Below, piece after piece: positions 1-11,921 of a stretch of DNA of 64,000 nt. The DNA is taken from contig NEEC01000007.1 of assembly GCA_002189035.1 (NCBI GenBank), positions 1,736,001 to 1,800,000 on the forward strand, in the 5' to 3' direction. How positions within the stretch are numbered: position 1 is the first letter of the stretch; each line of letters starts with the position of its first letter. The notes under the pieces were generated by a model. The model saw nothing but the letters and a program-made list of their open reading frames with translations, was not told the DNA's origin and ran no database searches. The translations under genes and the position numbers were made by a program. Origin of the DNA: Utricularia gibba. Its lineage: Eukaryota; Plantae; Magnoliophyta.

Positions 1-17
1 GATTACTAAACAAGCAG

Positions 18-155
18 GTTATGTCAAACCAAGAAGCGGCTAATTGCATCAAGAACACCAAAGATGCGAGATGGGCTGCAAAACAGCTGAACGAGGAGGC
101 TTTGGCTAGAAAAAGCAAAGATGACATATCTTGCATTGTTGTAAGGTTTGGCTAG
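18..155 (+). CDS. Protein phosphatase 2C, terminal exon (gene truncated by window start)
   Basis: After the CAG acceptor at 15-17 the frame reads VMSNQEAANCIKNTKDARWAAKQLNEEALARKSKDDISCIVVRFG*. This is the typical PP2C C-terminal motif (xMSNQEA...DDISCIVV). Confidence 0.9.
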   Translation, partial: VMSNQEAANCIKNTKDARWAAKQLNEEALARKSKDDISCIVVRFG

Positions 156-414
156 AAAAGCAGCAACTTTTCCCTTTTGCGCTGCTTTTGAGCTCGATGG
201 GGCTACGGCAAAATAAAAAACATCTGCATATCTGTCTCTCATCAGATGAATAGCGCATATTGGAGTTTGGTATATAAAAAATTTATTTTCATTAAATAAT
301 AAAATTAAATGGGTGATTTTGGCGTTAGGGCTCGAAGCTAGTTTAGTTACGAAAATTGGGAAAAAAAGAAAGAGGCGTTTAAAACGATAGAAAGCGAGGT
401 GGTGATTCGTGTGA

Positions 415-1700
415 ATGGCGGAGATCAAGAGAGTCGGGGTGGTCGGAAGCGGCCTAATGGGTGCGGGGATAGCCCAGCTCGCTGCCGTGAGTGGATTTCA
501 TGTTTTGATTTATGACTCCAATGCGGAGGCTCTTTCTAGAGCGGTGGAATCGATTTCTTTCAGAATCCGAAGTCTTGTCTCCCGGGGCAAATTGAGGGAG
601 GTTCGGAATTCTGTTGATTCTGATAAAATTTTCTTCTTGCTGGGCATGAGTTCCCCTGTTTTATAACCTATAGGCTGAAGGAGAGGAAGCGGTGAAGAAT
701 TTAGGGTCCGCTTCTGCTTTGGAAGATTTTTCTTCTATGGACATCGTGATCGAGGCCATTGCGGAATCGGAAGATGTGAAAAAGAAGCTGTTTGCCGAAT
801 TGGATAACATTGTGCAAAGTTCCGGAATTTTGGCTTCGAACACCAGCTCAATTTCTATAACTCGTTTAGCTTCTGCAACTTCCAGGCAAAGGCAGGTTCG
901 CTATTAGTTACAGCTTACATTGATAAGGATAATAAGTCAACCCATTAAGGCTCCCTTTTCGTAACTCATGTTGTTCCTTTGAAAGAATAAGCTCATTGTA
1001 TTCCATGTATGTCATTGAAATGCACTTGCTCAGCCCACCATCTGTTATGCGGCTTGTTGCCGTTCTCTGTTTTTTTGAGCGGTGGATTCATTTGTTAAAT
1101 GGTACGATATGCCTCATGATTTGAAAAAAAAACTGTTGGAGAATCAGCCCATTGTGTTGTTTGCAGGTCATTGGGATGCACTTTATGAACCCCCACCTGT
1201 TATGCCACTTGTTGAGATCATTAAAGGGGCACATACATCATCTGAGACATTTGAAGCAACAAAATCTCTAGCTGAAAGGTGATGAAAGAGACTACTTGCT
1301 CCAGTTCCATCCAGTGTTCTGTTTAATATTCCCAGTTCAGCATCTTCCTTTTGCTTGCAGGCTAGGCAAGAAGATAGTCTGCTCTGAGGATTTCCCTGGC
1401 TTCATCGTAAACCGGATCCTGATGCCAATGATAAACGAAGCCTTTCACGTGCTTTATTCTGGAGTGGCAACAAAGGAGGACATTGATGCAGGAATGAAGC
1501 TGGGAACGAACCATCCGATGGGTCCCCTGCAACTGGCTGATCATATTGGACTCGATGTTTGCTTGTCGATCATGAGAGTCCTCCACACCGGCCTTGGCGA
1601 TACTAAATATACACCATGCCCTCTGCTTGTACAGTACGTCGATGCAGGCCGCCTTGGCAAGAAAAGCGGCATGGGCGTGTATACTTACGGGAAGATGTAG
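415..1700 (+). CDS. 3-hydroxybutyryl-CoA / 3-hydroxyacyl-CoA dehydrogenase (4 exons: 415-600, 674-895, 1167-1279, 1361-1700); 1-bp frameshift in exon 3
   Basis: Rossmann motif [14 protein letters not shown]; [12 protein letters not shown]; [11 protein letters not shown]; [15 protein letters not shown]; [16 protein letters not shown]; [10 protein letters not shown]. Introns are GT-AG. The C5 run at 1190-1194 is one base short of keeping the frame. Confidence 0.92.
1011..1064 (+). pseudogene. Decayed duplicate of the start of dehydrogenase exon 3, inside intron 2
   Basis: Translates [18 protein letters not shown] versus exon 3 [18 protein letters not shown]. It is preceded by GTAT rather than an AG acceptor. 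Confidence 0.75.
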
Positions 1701-1887
1701 AGCTAAAACGAGGCTAATGTTTGAGACCATGCCAAAGGCCACCCTTTGGTGAATGAAGCTTCTCTTAGCTTATGAGTAATGTAAAGCAAGGAACAATGGC
1801 GATCACTACATGGGGTTTCTAAATTTGAAGTACACTTGTGAAGGAAGTCTTTATCAAGGGAAGTTGTTGCATCTGCATCAAGTGAAG

Positions 1888-2301
1888 TCATTCACCATAT
1901 CCGCAGAGACCATTCTCACACCTTACTCCTTTGCTGCATATGAAACTGCATTTCCCGCAGTGATCTCTATCCCGTTCAACATCCCGACACTCTCCATCGC
2001 AGCAGCGATGCCCGGACTTGCATCTCTTACCACAAGAGCCACAATTGTCGGGATCACTTAGAACATCCCGACATCTCTTCTTGCAGCAGAAGAAGCGCTT
2101 CTTCCCTTTATCTTCTTCCACCCCATTGCAAACATCATGCTCCCCAGCCTTGCATTCCTCTCCGGAGATGATCTTCTTTGAGGTCGAAGCTAAACGCTCA
2201 TCCTCCCTGGTAAAATCGAGCTTGCGGTGCAGCTTCTCTTCACCATTGAGCTTGTGGATCAGTAGCAAGAGCATGAAAAAGGAGGACAGAATGGCGGCCA
2301 T
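1888..2301 (-). CDS. STIG1-family secreted cysteine-rich protein (copy a)
   Basis: Intronless ORF with a hydrophobic signal peptide and a 16-Cys STIG1 pattern (C..C..CC..C..CxxC..C..CC..C..CxxC..C..C..CGY). TATA-like TATAAAAAG about 35 nt upstream. Confidence 0.9.
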   Translation of the reverse strand: MAAILSSFFMLLLLIHKLNGEEKLHRKLDFTREDERLASTSKKIISGEECKAGEHDVCNGVEEDKGKKRFFCCKKRCRDVLSDPDNCGSCGKRCKSGHRCCDGECRDVERDRDHCGKCSFICSKGVRCENGLCGYGE

Positions 2302-3949
2302 GGGATTGAACCCAGAAACTGCCTGCCACCTTTTTATACGTCACCTTGCCCAGGACTCCTGGTACGTAGATTTCTAAGGTGTCCACATTAGTGGCACCTT
2401 ATTTCAACCTCGTAGGATTCACCTCGGATCCCTTAAAATCAGTGCTTCGTCAACCCCATTCATCGCTTCACCTAGGAACCACAGGTAGCGAGTTGAGTTC
2501 AACTCAAAAGGGGTGGATGCCTTCCAAATTTAAACACATCAGGGGTATTTAGAAATTTGAATGTGTGAGAAATCTGATTATACTTAATGTAATTTTTTCA
2601 ACCTAATGTGTATGAGAAAGTGTTAGGATGGTCAAATGTGTATGTTAGGGTAAAGTTGGATCAATTGCAACTTCTCTGTGGCAGCCTTAAAATGTAGAGA
2701 TTCAGGAACCCACACCATGCACAGAACCTCAAACCAAAGTTTGTATCTTGATGGGGTGCATGATCCTGTGGGGTAAGAGAGTAATTCCATTCTATGAACG
2801 GACCAGGTCGTCATTGTTTCTCAAGCCCTCATTAAATGCAATAATATCCTCGGCCTCCGTATGTTATTTCTGGGGTCCGGAGATTGATTTGAAATCCCAA
2901 TGGAGGACGTGTCCGATACTAAAAATAGCCCGACACGTAGTAGATCACATCATCAATGCGCGCCAATTTGGTCGGGGGTTGATCTGGCGCCTGCTGTAAA
3001 TGAGTAAATGACAATTAACACCTTGCCCCTTCTTCTCATTTAATTAGCAATTATTGATTTTTTCCCCTAATTATGCAAATTCTCAAGCTATTTGAACAGT
3101 AAACGGAGTGAATAATAAATACATCAATCATACTTAATTTTATATTTAAAAATGACCAATACACAATGTTAATATAATATTCTAGTCATATAAAAATACA
3201 ACTTAGTATATAATTTATATAATAAATAATCAAATTCAAATAGCTAATTTATAAGATATACATCTGCATTTAAAATGAATTTAATTTTTTGATTTCGTAT
3301 TCTCATTTCACCTAATGCAGTGTGTTGTTTCACAAGTGGAAGTCAATAAACAGCTCTCAAGATTGATTAAAAAACATGTTTTGTAAGGACACATGCAAGA
3401 AAATAAGTATAATTTTAAAATAATAAACGAATCATTGATATGGTGTAGGCAATACGCTAACCCTAGGGGGGACATATTAAATAAATTCAACGCCTTGCAT
3501 TTGGCAATTAATTTTTGCTACGCCTTTTTCTGATTGGCTGCTTCATTTTAGAATGTGTGCTGGTGCAGCTAGCTGCGGAACACCATACCATCATGTGCGT
3601 TGAATACATTAGTTTATCATCTTCATGTCTCCCCATGAGTTTAGGCTCATGGAAAAAAACTCCTTACCCAATTTGACTTTCATTTTATTTAATCTCGTGT
3701 TTTAAAGATCAATGACATTGAAATCATTTCAAGAGAGTGTATTAGAAATCTGATCATCATATTTGTTGAAATTTAGGATCCGATGAATTGAGGAGCGTGC
3801 ACGTGAAACCCAAGTACACAAGAAACATAGATCACAATAAAAAAAATTAGACCCAACCAATTACTTATGATCTGTAATTTCTTATATACTTGATTATTCC
3901 ACTGTGGGATTGTATATTCTAATAAAGAAAACACAATTTGTATTACATG

Positions 3950-4042
3950 TTCGCTTGAATATTATGGATTGTGTATTATGGATAACAATTTTTAGTATGT
4001 GATAAAATTGTTATCCATAATTACAAATTTTCGCTTGAATAT
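3950..4042. repeat. Small palindrome flanked by direct repeats (possible MITE relic)
   Basis: Perfect 17-bp inverted repeat 3976-3992 / 4004-4020 (TTATGGATAACAATTTT) with an 11-nt loop. 13-bp direct repeat TTCGCTTGAATAT at 3950-3962 and 4030-4042. Confidence 0.6.
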
Positions 4043-4405
4043 GTGTAAAAGAACTTGATAATGACTATTTTTGTAAATGACCCTATTTTTTTCAAAATTA
4101 CTCATCGAAATAGTGTGGAAAAACCGAAATTTTGACAAAATTTAAAAACTTCAACTAAATTGTTTCTTTTTTTTTCTTTATTTGTAGGTCGTGCGTGATG
4201 ATGGGTGATTATTCTAACGACCAACAATGGGGTTGTGGGGGATCTTTAATTCAACCGAATAAGACAACTCTTGTGTTGTTTATTCTGATTAGTCAAATCC
4301 AGTTCCCTGGAGAGACGGGTAAGAAGAGGCTACCGAACAAGTATAAGAAGCCCGTATCCGTTTCTTACAATGTTAGTTCAATCATCTTCTGGGTTTCTTA
4401 TTTTA

Positions 4406-4849
4406 ATGGCGAGACTCGATCAACTGCCTCTTCTCTCCTTCTTCCTGCTGCTTCTGTTCACGCAGCTCATTCTCAATGGGGCCGAGCCACTGGAGCTCGA
4501 AGACGAGGTCGAGTCTTCCCACGCCGGGAAAACCAGCAGGTTCTTGTCCTTGATCGTCAAGAAGGTGAGAAGGGGAGCCAGGTGCAGGGTCGGAAGACAC
4601 AATATTTGCAATAGAGTCAGAACCCACAGAGGGAGGCGGCTCTTCTACTGCTGCAAAAGACGCTGCCGGGATGTTCTCAACGATCGGCACAACTGTGGCC
4701 GGTGCGGCAGGAGATGCAGGTCGGGCCGCCGGTGCTGCCGTGGAGTGTGCCGGAATATTCGCAAGGATAAAAACAATTGCGGGAAGTGCCACCGGAAGTG
4801 CCCTGGTTTAACAACTTGTGAGAACGGCTTTTGCGGGTATGCGGCATGA
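4406..4849 (+). CDS. STIG1-family secreted cysteine-rich protein (copy b, Arg-rich)
   Basis: ATG 4406 (MARLDQLPLL...), signal peptide, same 16-Cys spacing as copy a, ends CENGFCGYAA*. Confidence 0.9.
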   Translation: MARLDQLPLLSFFLLLLFTQLILNGAEPLELEDEVESSHAGKTSRFLSLIVKKVRRGARCRVGRHNICNRVRTHRGRRLFYCCKRRCRDVLNDRHNCGRCGRRCRSGRRCCRGVCRNIRKDKNNCGKCHRKCPGLTTCENGFCGYAA

Positions 4850-5456
4850 GCTCTGCACATTCATTGTCCCAAGTTTAGAAGGGTTAGAGACACGTGCATT
4901 ACACTACACATGTGTTTCAAGATTATTTTTTCAATCATATGCGACAAAAATTACTTTAATAAACACGAAAAACCGAATCCAACGAACACGATTATTCAAT
5001 TTAAATATTAGAAATCTCAGGTGTATTATAATTTTAATCACTATTTTTTGAGTATATGATAAAAATCGTCACTCTATTTATAAAGGCCTGATGACCATTT
5101 TCTAAATGATCCTAAAAATCGTGCATTATATTTCTAATATTTAGCGGATCATAATAATAATACGCATAATAATGTATATTTAATAAATATGTTTTAAAAT
5201 ACACATTAATGTTTCGTAAAACAATTGTAAAATACTACTAGGTATCGTAAATTTTATAGCAATTGAACCTGTCCACCACGGAAATTTTATTTTTGTTTAG
5301 TTTGGGTTGAGTGGAAAATTCAAATATTAAAATATTTGATTTTGCACGTGAATATATTTGGATTAATGCAAAATGTAATGACATTGTGCTGACTGGGGGT
5401 CCAATGTCGATCCGACCCGATTCGGTCAATCGGTAGGGAGTGCTTAATGGACTGAT

Positions 5457-5552
5457 GGCCCAAATAATGAGCTTTCGTTGGGCCTAACCTTGGATTGGGA
5501 TTGGAACTCTCTAGAACCGGAATCCAGATTGCAAAACCCTCACAAAACCCTA
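5457..5552 (+). promoter_or_regulatory. Site II (TGGGCC x2) plus telo-box (AAACCCTA) promoter module
   Basis: GGCCCA 5457-5462, TGGGCC 5479-5484 and AAACCCTA 5545-5552 lie just upstream of ATG 5629. This combination is typical of translation and organelle-biogenesis genes. Confidence 0.55.
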
Positions 5553-5628
5553 AGCTACGTCGCCATGTATATATTTCGTTCATTCGCTTCTTGTGTTGTG
5601 TTCTGCGCTCCGGTTACTGAAGTTGTCA

Positions 5629-6090
5629 ATGGCGGCGGTGTCGTCTTCTTCAAAGCTGTTAACCCTCCGAAGCCGAGTTCTCCAGACAATCGTTCGCGGG
5701 AATTTACTGCGCGATGCGTCTCCGGCGGCAGGCATTCTGCCTTTGCTTAATGCTGGTTCAGTGAATCCCACCTTCCCCGATCTGCAGCCTGTGCATGGAA
5801 TGCCTCTCGAGAAGAATGACGCCTCAGAGTTGTTTTGGCCCAAAGCTATGAATTTGCAGCGAAATGTCGTGTCCGCTGCACAGATAGAGGCACTTCGCAC
5901 GTACGTTCCTAATCCCGGCGAATCTGAAGATGATTGGGATGATGACGAAGAATCTGACGAGGATCCTTGTTCCAATACGCTCGAGGGTGAAGATGACGAC
6001 GGTGATGATGAGTGGGATGATATTGATTCAGACGAAGGTGAGCCCTGCTCCCTGCCTCGAAAAAGAAGTGATTTTTCCGGCGGGTCTTGA
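5629..6090 (+). CDS. Uncharacterised protein with transit-peptide-like N-terminus and D/E-rich C-terminal tail
   Basis: MAAVSSSSKLLTLRSRVLQ... is Ser/Arg/Leu-rich, followed by EDDWDDDEESDED...DDDGDDEWDDIDSDE. A possible donor G|GTGAG near 6038 means the 3' end may differ from the ORF shown. Confidence 0.65.
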   Translation: MAAVSSSSKLLTLRSRVLQTIVRGNLLRDASPAAGILPLLNAGSVNPTFPDLQPVHGMPLEKNDASELFWPKAMNLQRNVVSAAQIEALRTYVPNPGESEDDWDDDEESDEDPCSNTLEGEDDDGDDEWDDIDSDEGEPCSLPRKRSDFSGGS

Positions 6091-6710
6091 TTACCTGTAT
6101 CTCTAACGCAAACTCCAGTAGTGTCCTCTAGTCTCTTCTTCTTCTACGTTGCCGCTACTTTGAGTTGTACTGTGGATTACACTTACTCTACTTCCTGTTC
6201 TTCTTCTCCCCATCATCGTTTCCTTCTCAAGAATTTGCTGTTTATGAAAGATCGATGCACTGGTTCATTCTCCTCCTCCCCATTATACCTTTTGGAACTT
6301 GAAATTTGTAAACTGGGATTGATACTGATGTTGTTTAATCGATATGAATTCCTGTGGGAGTGAGAACCATATCGTTACCGGAAACGGAGTGTAGAAGCTC
6401 CCGGCTCGAATAGCATGATAAAAAGAAGCCCTTTGCTTTGTATCCATTGGAGCTTTGAAAATGGTTTACCATACATGAGTTGGCATGCATGAGCAATATG
6501 AGAGCCAGAGATGTGCGAGGATCGCATCTTGTCGATATTGGGTGCTTTTATTGACATCATGGAACAGAGAATACGACATCGTTTACATCTTTCAAATGGC
6601 CCAGTTTGGTTCAAAAGGGTGCCACGGTCTACAAACACGGCCACAAAAGAACCAGTTTCATTATCGTCTCGTCTGAGATTCAAACCGGAGGTCTTGAATC
6701 CGGTTATTGA

Positions 6711-7263
6711 TCAACGAGAGATGACATGAACCTCGGTCTTGAACAGAAGAACAAAAAGCGAATCGGCAGAGAAATAAAGAAACCCGCCGGGCGAATGAGT
6801 CACGAACGAACCAAAGCTTTTGCCGGCCACGCAGTGCCACGCCGGACCGTACGCCGAGTCGAACTCCTGAAAAAACGCCAACCCCCCCGCTTACACTAAA
6901 ACAGCCTTAGATCTTACGAGGGTTCGTGGGAGGCACCTGCTTAAGCGAGCGGGCGACAAGCGTGGGGTTGGGACGGCGGCGCGTGGCATCGGAGGAGGAG
7001 TCCAGTACAGCGCGAGTGAGGCGAAGAGCGCGTTCTTGCAGTGGACTTTAATTCTCCAACTCGACATGTCATCTCCAACCCCTACGGCGCGTGGCATCGG
7101 AGGAGAACGGCATGTCGGCAGATCTCAGGCGAATGTCGAAGCTGATCGCCAAAGAAGCGAGCTTTAATTCGTCCGTGTGAGTGGCGGTTGGAGGCAGGGG
7201 CTGCTTCTGCTTCTGCTTCAGACTGCGGCTTTTGGGGGCGATTTGGGAGTTGGGTTTCTCCAT
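6711..7263 (-). CDS. Dynein light chain LC8/type 1 family protein, interrupted by a 60-bp insertion
   Basis: MEKPNSQ...DIRLRSADMP[insertion]PLQERALRLTRAVLDSSSDATRRRPNPTLVARSLKQ, intron 6867-6936, then EFDSAYGPAWHCVAGKSFGSFVTHSPGGFLYFS...FKTEVHVISR*. The WHC..G.SFGSFVTH motif is diagnostic of LC8. Confidence 0.88.
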
Positions 7264-8596
7264 TGGTGTGGAGAGCAGAGTGAGCACGAAGCGGAAATTC
7301 AACGAGAAAGAGGAATGTGCAGAGATTTGCCTGACCGGACATGACCTGACCTTACAGATGTGGGGAAATGAAATGAAGGTAACAATGCCATTTCATTTAC
7401 TGCGCATGAATCACACGCTTCTTCGGACTCCTGTCCCCTCCCCTTGTTTTCCTTCACCTAATCAATGGCGGATGGGGAAGCTGCTGCCACATTTTTACCC
7501 CTTTGCTCCTCTTTTTTACCGCCCTAAAATCCATATCAAAACCCTAGCGTTGAAGTGCAAGTTCGTGCCATGGACCGGATGCCTCTTTCAAGTGAAGACT
7601 CGAGACACCCTCGGGGCCCTACCTATGAACGGTAAAAAAAAAATCACAGAGCAAGGGAAATAAACCAGGGTAAAAAAGAAAACAAAATATAATTGGATTT
7701 GAATGTGAGAAGACTCAGAACTCAGGCGGTATTGTTCTGGGAGTTGAAAATGGGCCACGGCCCAGAACCTTATTCCGTTGGGGGTGCCACGTCACCTTCT
7801 ATTATTCTGATTTGGTTCTTCTCTGGAAATGTGTTCTGTATAGCAAAACACTGGTGAAGATTTTATAAAGCACCCCTTTCATGCTCTAAACAGTATAAAA
7901 GTATGGAGATTTGGGGGAGTTACTGATGGAAAGCGAAGTTTGGTTGTGTTATCTCTTTCATTTAAATTGTTCAACAGGGAAGGGAAGGGTGTGCGGATGA
8001 GCGATGATGAGGACTGAAGAGGATGAAACTACACATCAATATATTGTGCCGTATTCTGACAAAGACTTAACTTTTATCATATGTATAGCGGAAATATCTC
8101 ATGAGACACAAGGGGGAGTTTCATTCGTCTGAACTGATTCCATTTGTCCTAAGATTCAGCGGAATGAATTGATTAGGAAGTGTGGCGAGTTGCTTTGTGA
8201 GTAGATGTTGCTCTCGGGATTAAAGCTTTTTCACCTCCTTGAATCATCGAATGGTGCTGAGGTGTTTTTGTTTGTAGCGAATACGGCATCTTTTGGTCAC
8301 TTTTTGACCTTCTCACTCTTTTCTCACTCTCTGGTCTTGTATTGGAATCGCTGTCATTGTCCTCGGGAGCCAGGACGCCGTGCTTAAAACAGTTTAAAGG
8401 GGAATTTCATTCCAAAGATTTAAGCTTTGTCTTCATAACACTGCAAGTATGCGAAGATACCCCATTAATCTCAGCTGAAAGCTACTTGTTCGAGATTTCA
8501 CGTTTCTCACTCACTGTGGCTTTTTGCCTTTCTACTCGAAGAACATTGCAAATCTGCTGCTGCTGCTTTTAGTTTATAGAGAGTGAAACCGGAAAG

Positions 8597-11500
8597 ATGA
8601 GAGCGCCGCTGGGGGCGGTTGTAGGAAGATGTCCTTCAGCCGGCAGTGAAAATGGTGGGGTGGTGAATGGGAAAGTTGATATAATCAAGCACAATAGAAG
8701 ATGCAGGGATTTAGGTTTTCTTCTGATATTCGTTGCTTTCTGGGTTGCCATGATTGTTAACTCCAGCTTTGGTTTCAATAAGGGAGACCCATTGAGGTAG
8801 ATGCCAAGGAATGCTTGCCTCTTTAACCATTTTTTTTAAGTAGCACATGGCTGTGCATTGCCTTGTGCTCCCGGATCTAATTGCTTCCCAGCATATTGTG
8901 CTTCTTTGTACTTTAGGAGAGTATCAGGGCTTTGATTTTTTCTTCAGCTGCATTTTTACTTCTTTCTTGGAATTCTGTTAACACCAGTGTCCTATCTTGA
9001 ATTTTGCGAAAAAGCTGATACTTGAGATTTGTTATATTTATAAATGCAAGCGAAGATAAATTTGGTATCAGAATATGAATGCTAGTCTGGGTACTTACAA
9101 ATCTGTGTTGTGGCAGGCTAAAATACGGACTGGATTATAAAGGAAATGTGTGTGGTGACAGACATGCTGCTCCTAATCTGCGTGAATTGGAACTCAGATA
9201 CTGGTTGAACCCGAATCAGGTTTACCAAACTGGCGTGAAGGGCACCAGCTTCACACTTTCCAATGCTAGGAGCATTTGCCTGATGGATTGTCCCATTCCC
9301 TCTGACGATTCTTTGAACTGGGTCTGCGACTACCCAGAGGGAGATATAAAAATGTCCACTGATGATTGGATTGATAGAAATTATGATTATTTTGCAGACC
9401 TTACTCCTGAACTTAGAAACACTTCTCTTCAGCTTCAGGGGCCCTGCTATCCAGTGATATTTCCTAGTGTTAATGGTATGTTTGATGATGTAGGATATCA
9501 TTCTCTTATCTGAACTATCTCTACTTTATCAGAATCATTTCAATGTTTATTGTTGAAACATTTTGCACCATTCCCTGTTCAGTTTATTGGACTTGCCAGT
9601 TCGTTGCTCGTGCATCAAATGTCTCAATGACTCATTGGGAGCAAATGGGTGGTGTCAAAATCATAGAGGATATTTCCATTGATAAATCTGTACACAAAGC
9701 AATTAACTCACGATCATCCGTGCTAAAGGTTTGTTGGATTCTACTATCTTTTGGCTGGATCCATCTCATTTTCTTATGTTTGTCTTTGTGTATCTCTATT
9801 CATTGGATGCAACAAGTTTCATAAGAACATTTTATTCAATTTTTGGCCTATTGTAACGTTTTTTGTTAGCACTTCATGCGACCCCCTTCCCACTGTATGT
9901 GTTTTGTGCAGAGATATGTTGCTGATGTTGGAAAAGCATGGCCTGTGTTGCTCGTTTGTGGAGGTCTTCTGCCTCTATTCTTATCAGTAGTATGGCTTTT
10001 GATGATCCGCTATTTCGTTGGCGGAATGCCATGGGTTACAATTGTGTCATTCAACATCCTCGTGGTATCTGTGACAATGTTTTACTATTTGAAAGGTTAG
10101 AATATCGTTTTTTTGGACACATGCATTTCATTGTTGAGTTAAATTAATTTGGTGAATCCTAAAGCAGTATGAGAAATTAAACTAAGACCACATAGTGCAT
10201 GTTCCATAATATTGATCTTAAGTCATACTTATATGAACACGACCCTCAGATTATTGATCTTAAGTGTGTCGCCGCTCTAAACATCTATTTTCCATGTTAT
10301 AGCTGGATGGATTGGAAATGATGCTATCTCCCCCATCATTGGTGAGCATGATCCCTATTATCATGTATCAGCCAGGGTAAGGTTCAAGTTTCCATTGATC
10401 CTTTGAAAATCATCTTATTTTTGGCATTGGAGGAAGTTACAAGAATGTTATTCATTTCAGGAGTTAGGACATCTAAATGTGGCAGCTGTTTTCATGTCAG
10501 CATTGATGATTATTTCTTTCTTATCTTCTATTGCTATAGTACGCCGAATCCTCTTGGCAACCTCTGTGCTGAAGGTAAGCTGTTTCAACAATTCTATTTA
10601 AGAAAAAGGATGAACATATGATTACTCTTTTCACCATTTCTGATGTTACCTGTAGGTTGCAGCAAAGGTAATCAGGGAAGTCCATGTGCTGATAATTTTC
10701 CCAGTAATACCATATGCGATTCTAGCAATCTTTTTCATGTTCTGGTTATCAGCTGCACTTCATCTTTTTAGCTCTGGAAGTATTGCTCAAAATGATTGTG
10801 GTGCAAATTGCTGCGCCTATGATCTAAAAGCAAGGAGAGTGAGCTGTAATAGCTGCTGTGGCTTCAGTGTCCACTACACACACCATATTACTGCTGCCAT
10901 CATTTTTCATCTCTTTGGTGGTTACTGGGCCACTCAGTTTGTCATAGCATGTTCATCAACAGTCATTGCGGGTTCGGTAGCTTCCTATTACTGGACTCGT
11001 GGTGATACTTCTGTAAGTCATTGAACCATAAGTGATTCTGAAGAAGTTGAGCTACTGCATTTGTTTTTTTGTTTGGTGTTTCTCATCTTGTAATATCTGC
11101 ATTGCAGTCAGAGATCCCATTTCTTCCAGTTTTTTCTTCAATGAAACGGCTTGCAAGATACAGTTTAGGATCCATGGCAATTGGCTCTCTTATGGTTTCG
11201 TTTGTCGAATCCATCCGCTTCATACTTGAAGCTCTTCGCCGCAAGCTCAAAAATGTTGATTCAACCACTGCAAGCTGGCCTGGGAAGGCTGTATACAATG
11301 CCTCACATTCTTGCCTGAGGTGCATTGGATCTGTGATAAAATCCGTCAACCGCAATGCATATGTTATGGTAAACTTCATCCTTTAATCTGTGGTTACATC
11401 AAGCATTCATCTCTAACAAGAGGTTTTTTATGGTTTTCAGATTGCAATAACTGGAAAAGGGTTCTTCAAATCATCTGCTGTTGCAACCGATCTGATAATG

Positions 11501-11921
11501 GGCAACATCCTAAGAATTGGCAAGCTGAATGTGATCGGAGATGTCATTCTGTTTCTTGGGAAGCTATGTGTGAGCCTGATGAGTGCACTTTTCGCATTTC
11601 TAATGCTGGACACACACAAATACAAATCATCACATGACAAGATCTCCTCTCCTCTCTTCCCGGTGCTGGTATGTGTGTTCATCATTTTAGCTGATTTCTA
11701 TTGATCATCAGCCTGAATGGTCAAGCATGATGCAGGCTTGCTGGGGATTCGGATACATTGTGGCTAGCCTCTTCTTCGGCGTGGTGGAGATGTCGATCGA
11801 CACGATAATCCTTTCATTCTGCAAGGATTCAGACGAACACCAGGGAAATGCTCAGTTTGCTCCTCTTCTACTGATTGAGACTCTTGATGACTTGAATCAG
11901 CCCCAGAGACTCACACAGTGA
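8597..11921 (+). CDS. CTL1: Choline transporter-like protein 1 (SLC44 family), 10 exons, intact
   Basis: HNRRCRDLGFL, YGLDYKGNVCG, ELELRYWLNP, SGSVASYYW, VNRNAYVMIAITGKGF and SIDTIILSFCKD motifs. All junctions are GT-AG and in phase. Confidence 0.95.

Noticed and set aside
24-428. Long antisense and alternative-frame ORFs throughout the ORF track (for example 24-428, 1362-1742, 5580-5975, 21534-22205, 23445-24032, 26480-27010)
   Set aside because: They are shadows of real genes on the opposite strand or frame, with no family motifs.
8000-8062. C/D-box-like motifs (ATGATGA ... CTGA)
   Set aside because: Too short, no terminal stem and no recognisable rRNA guide; likely chance.
9062-9073. TGGTATCAGA resembling a retrotransposon primer-binding site
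   Set aside because: Partial match inside a CTL1 intron, with no LTR or gag/pol context.
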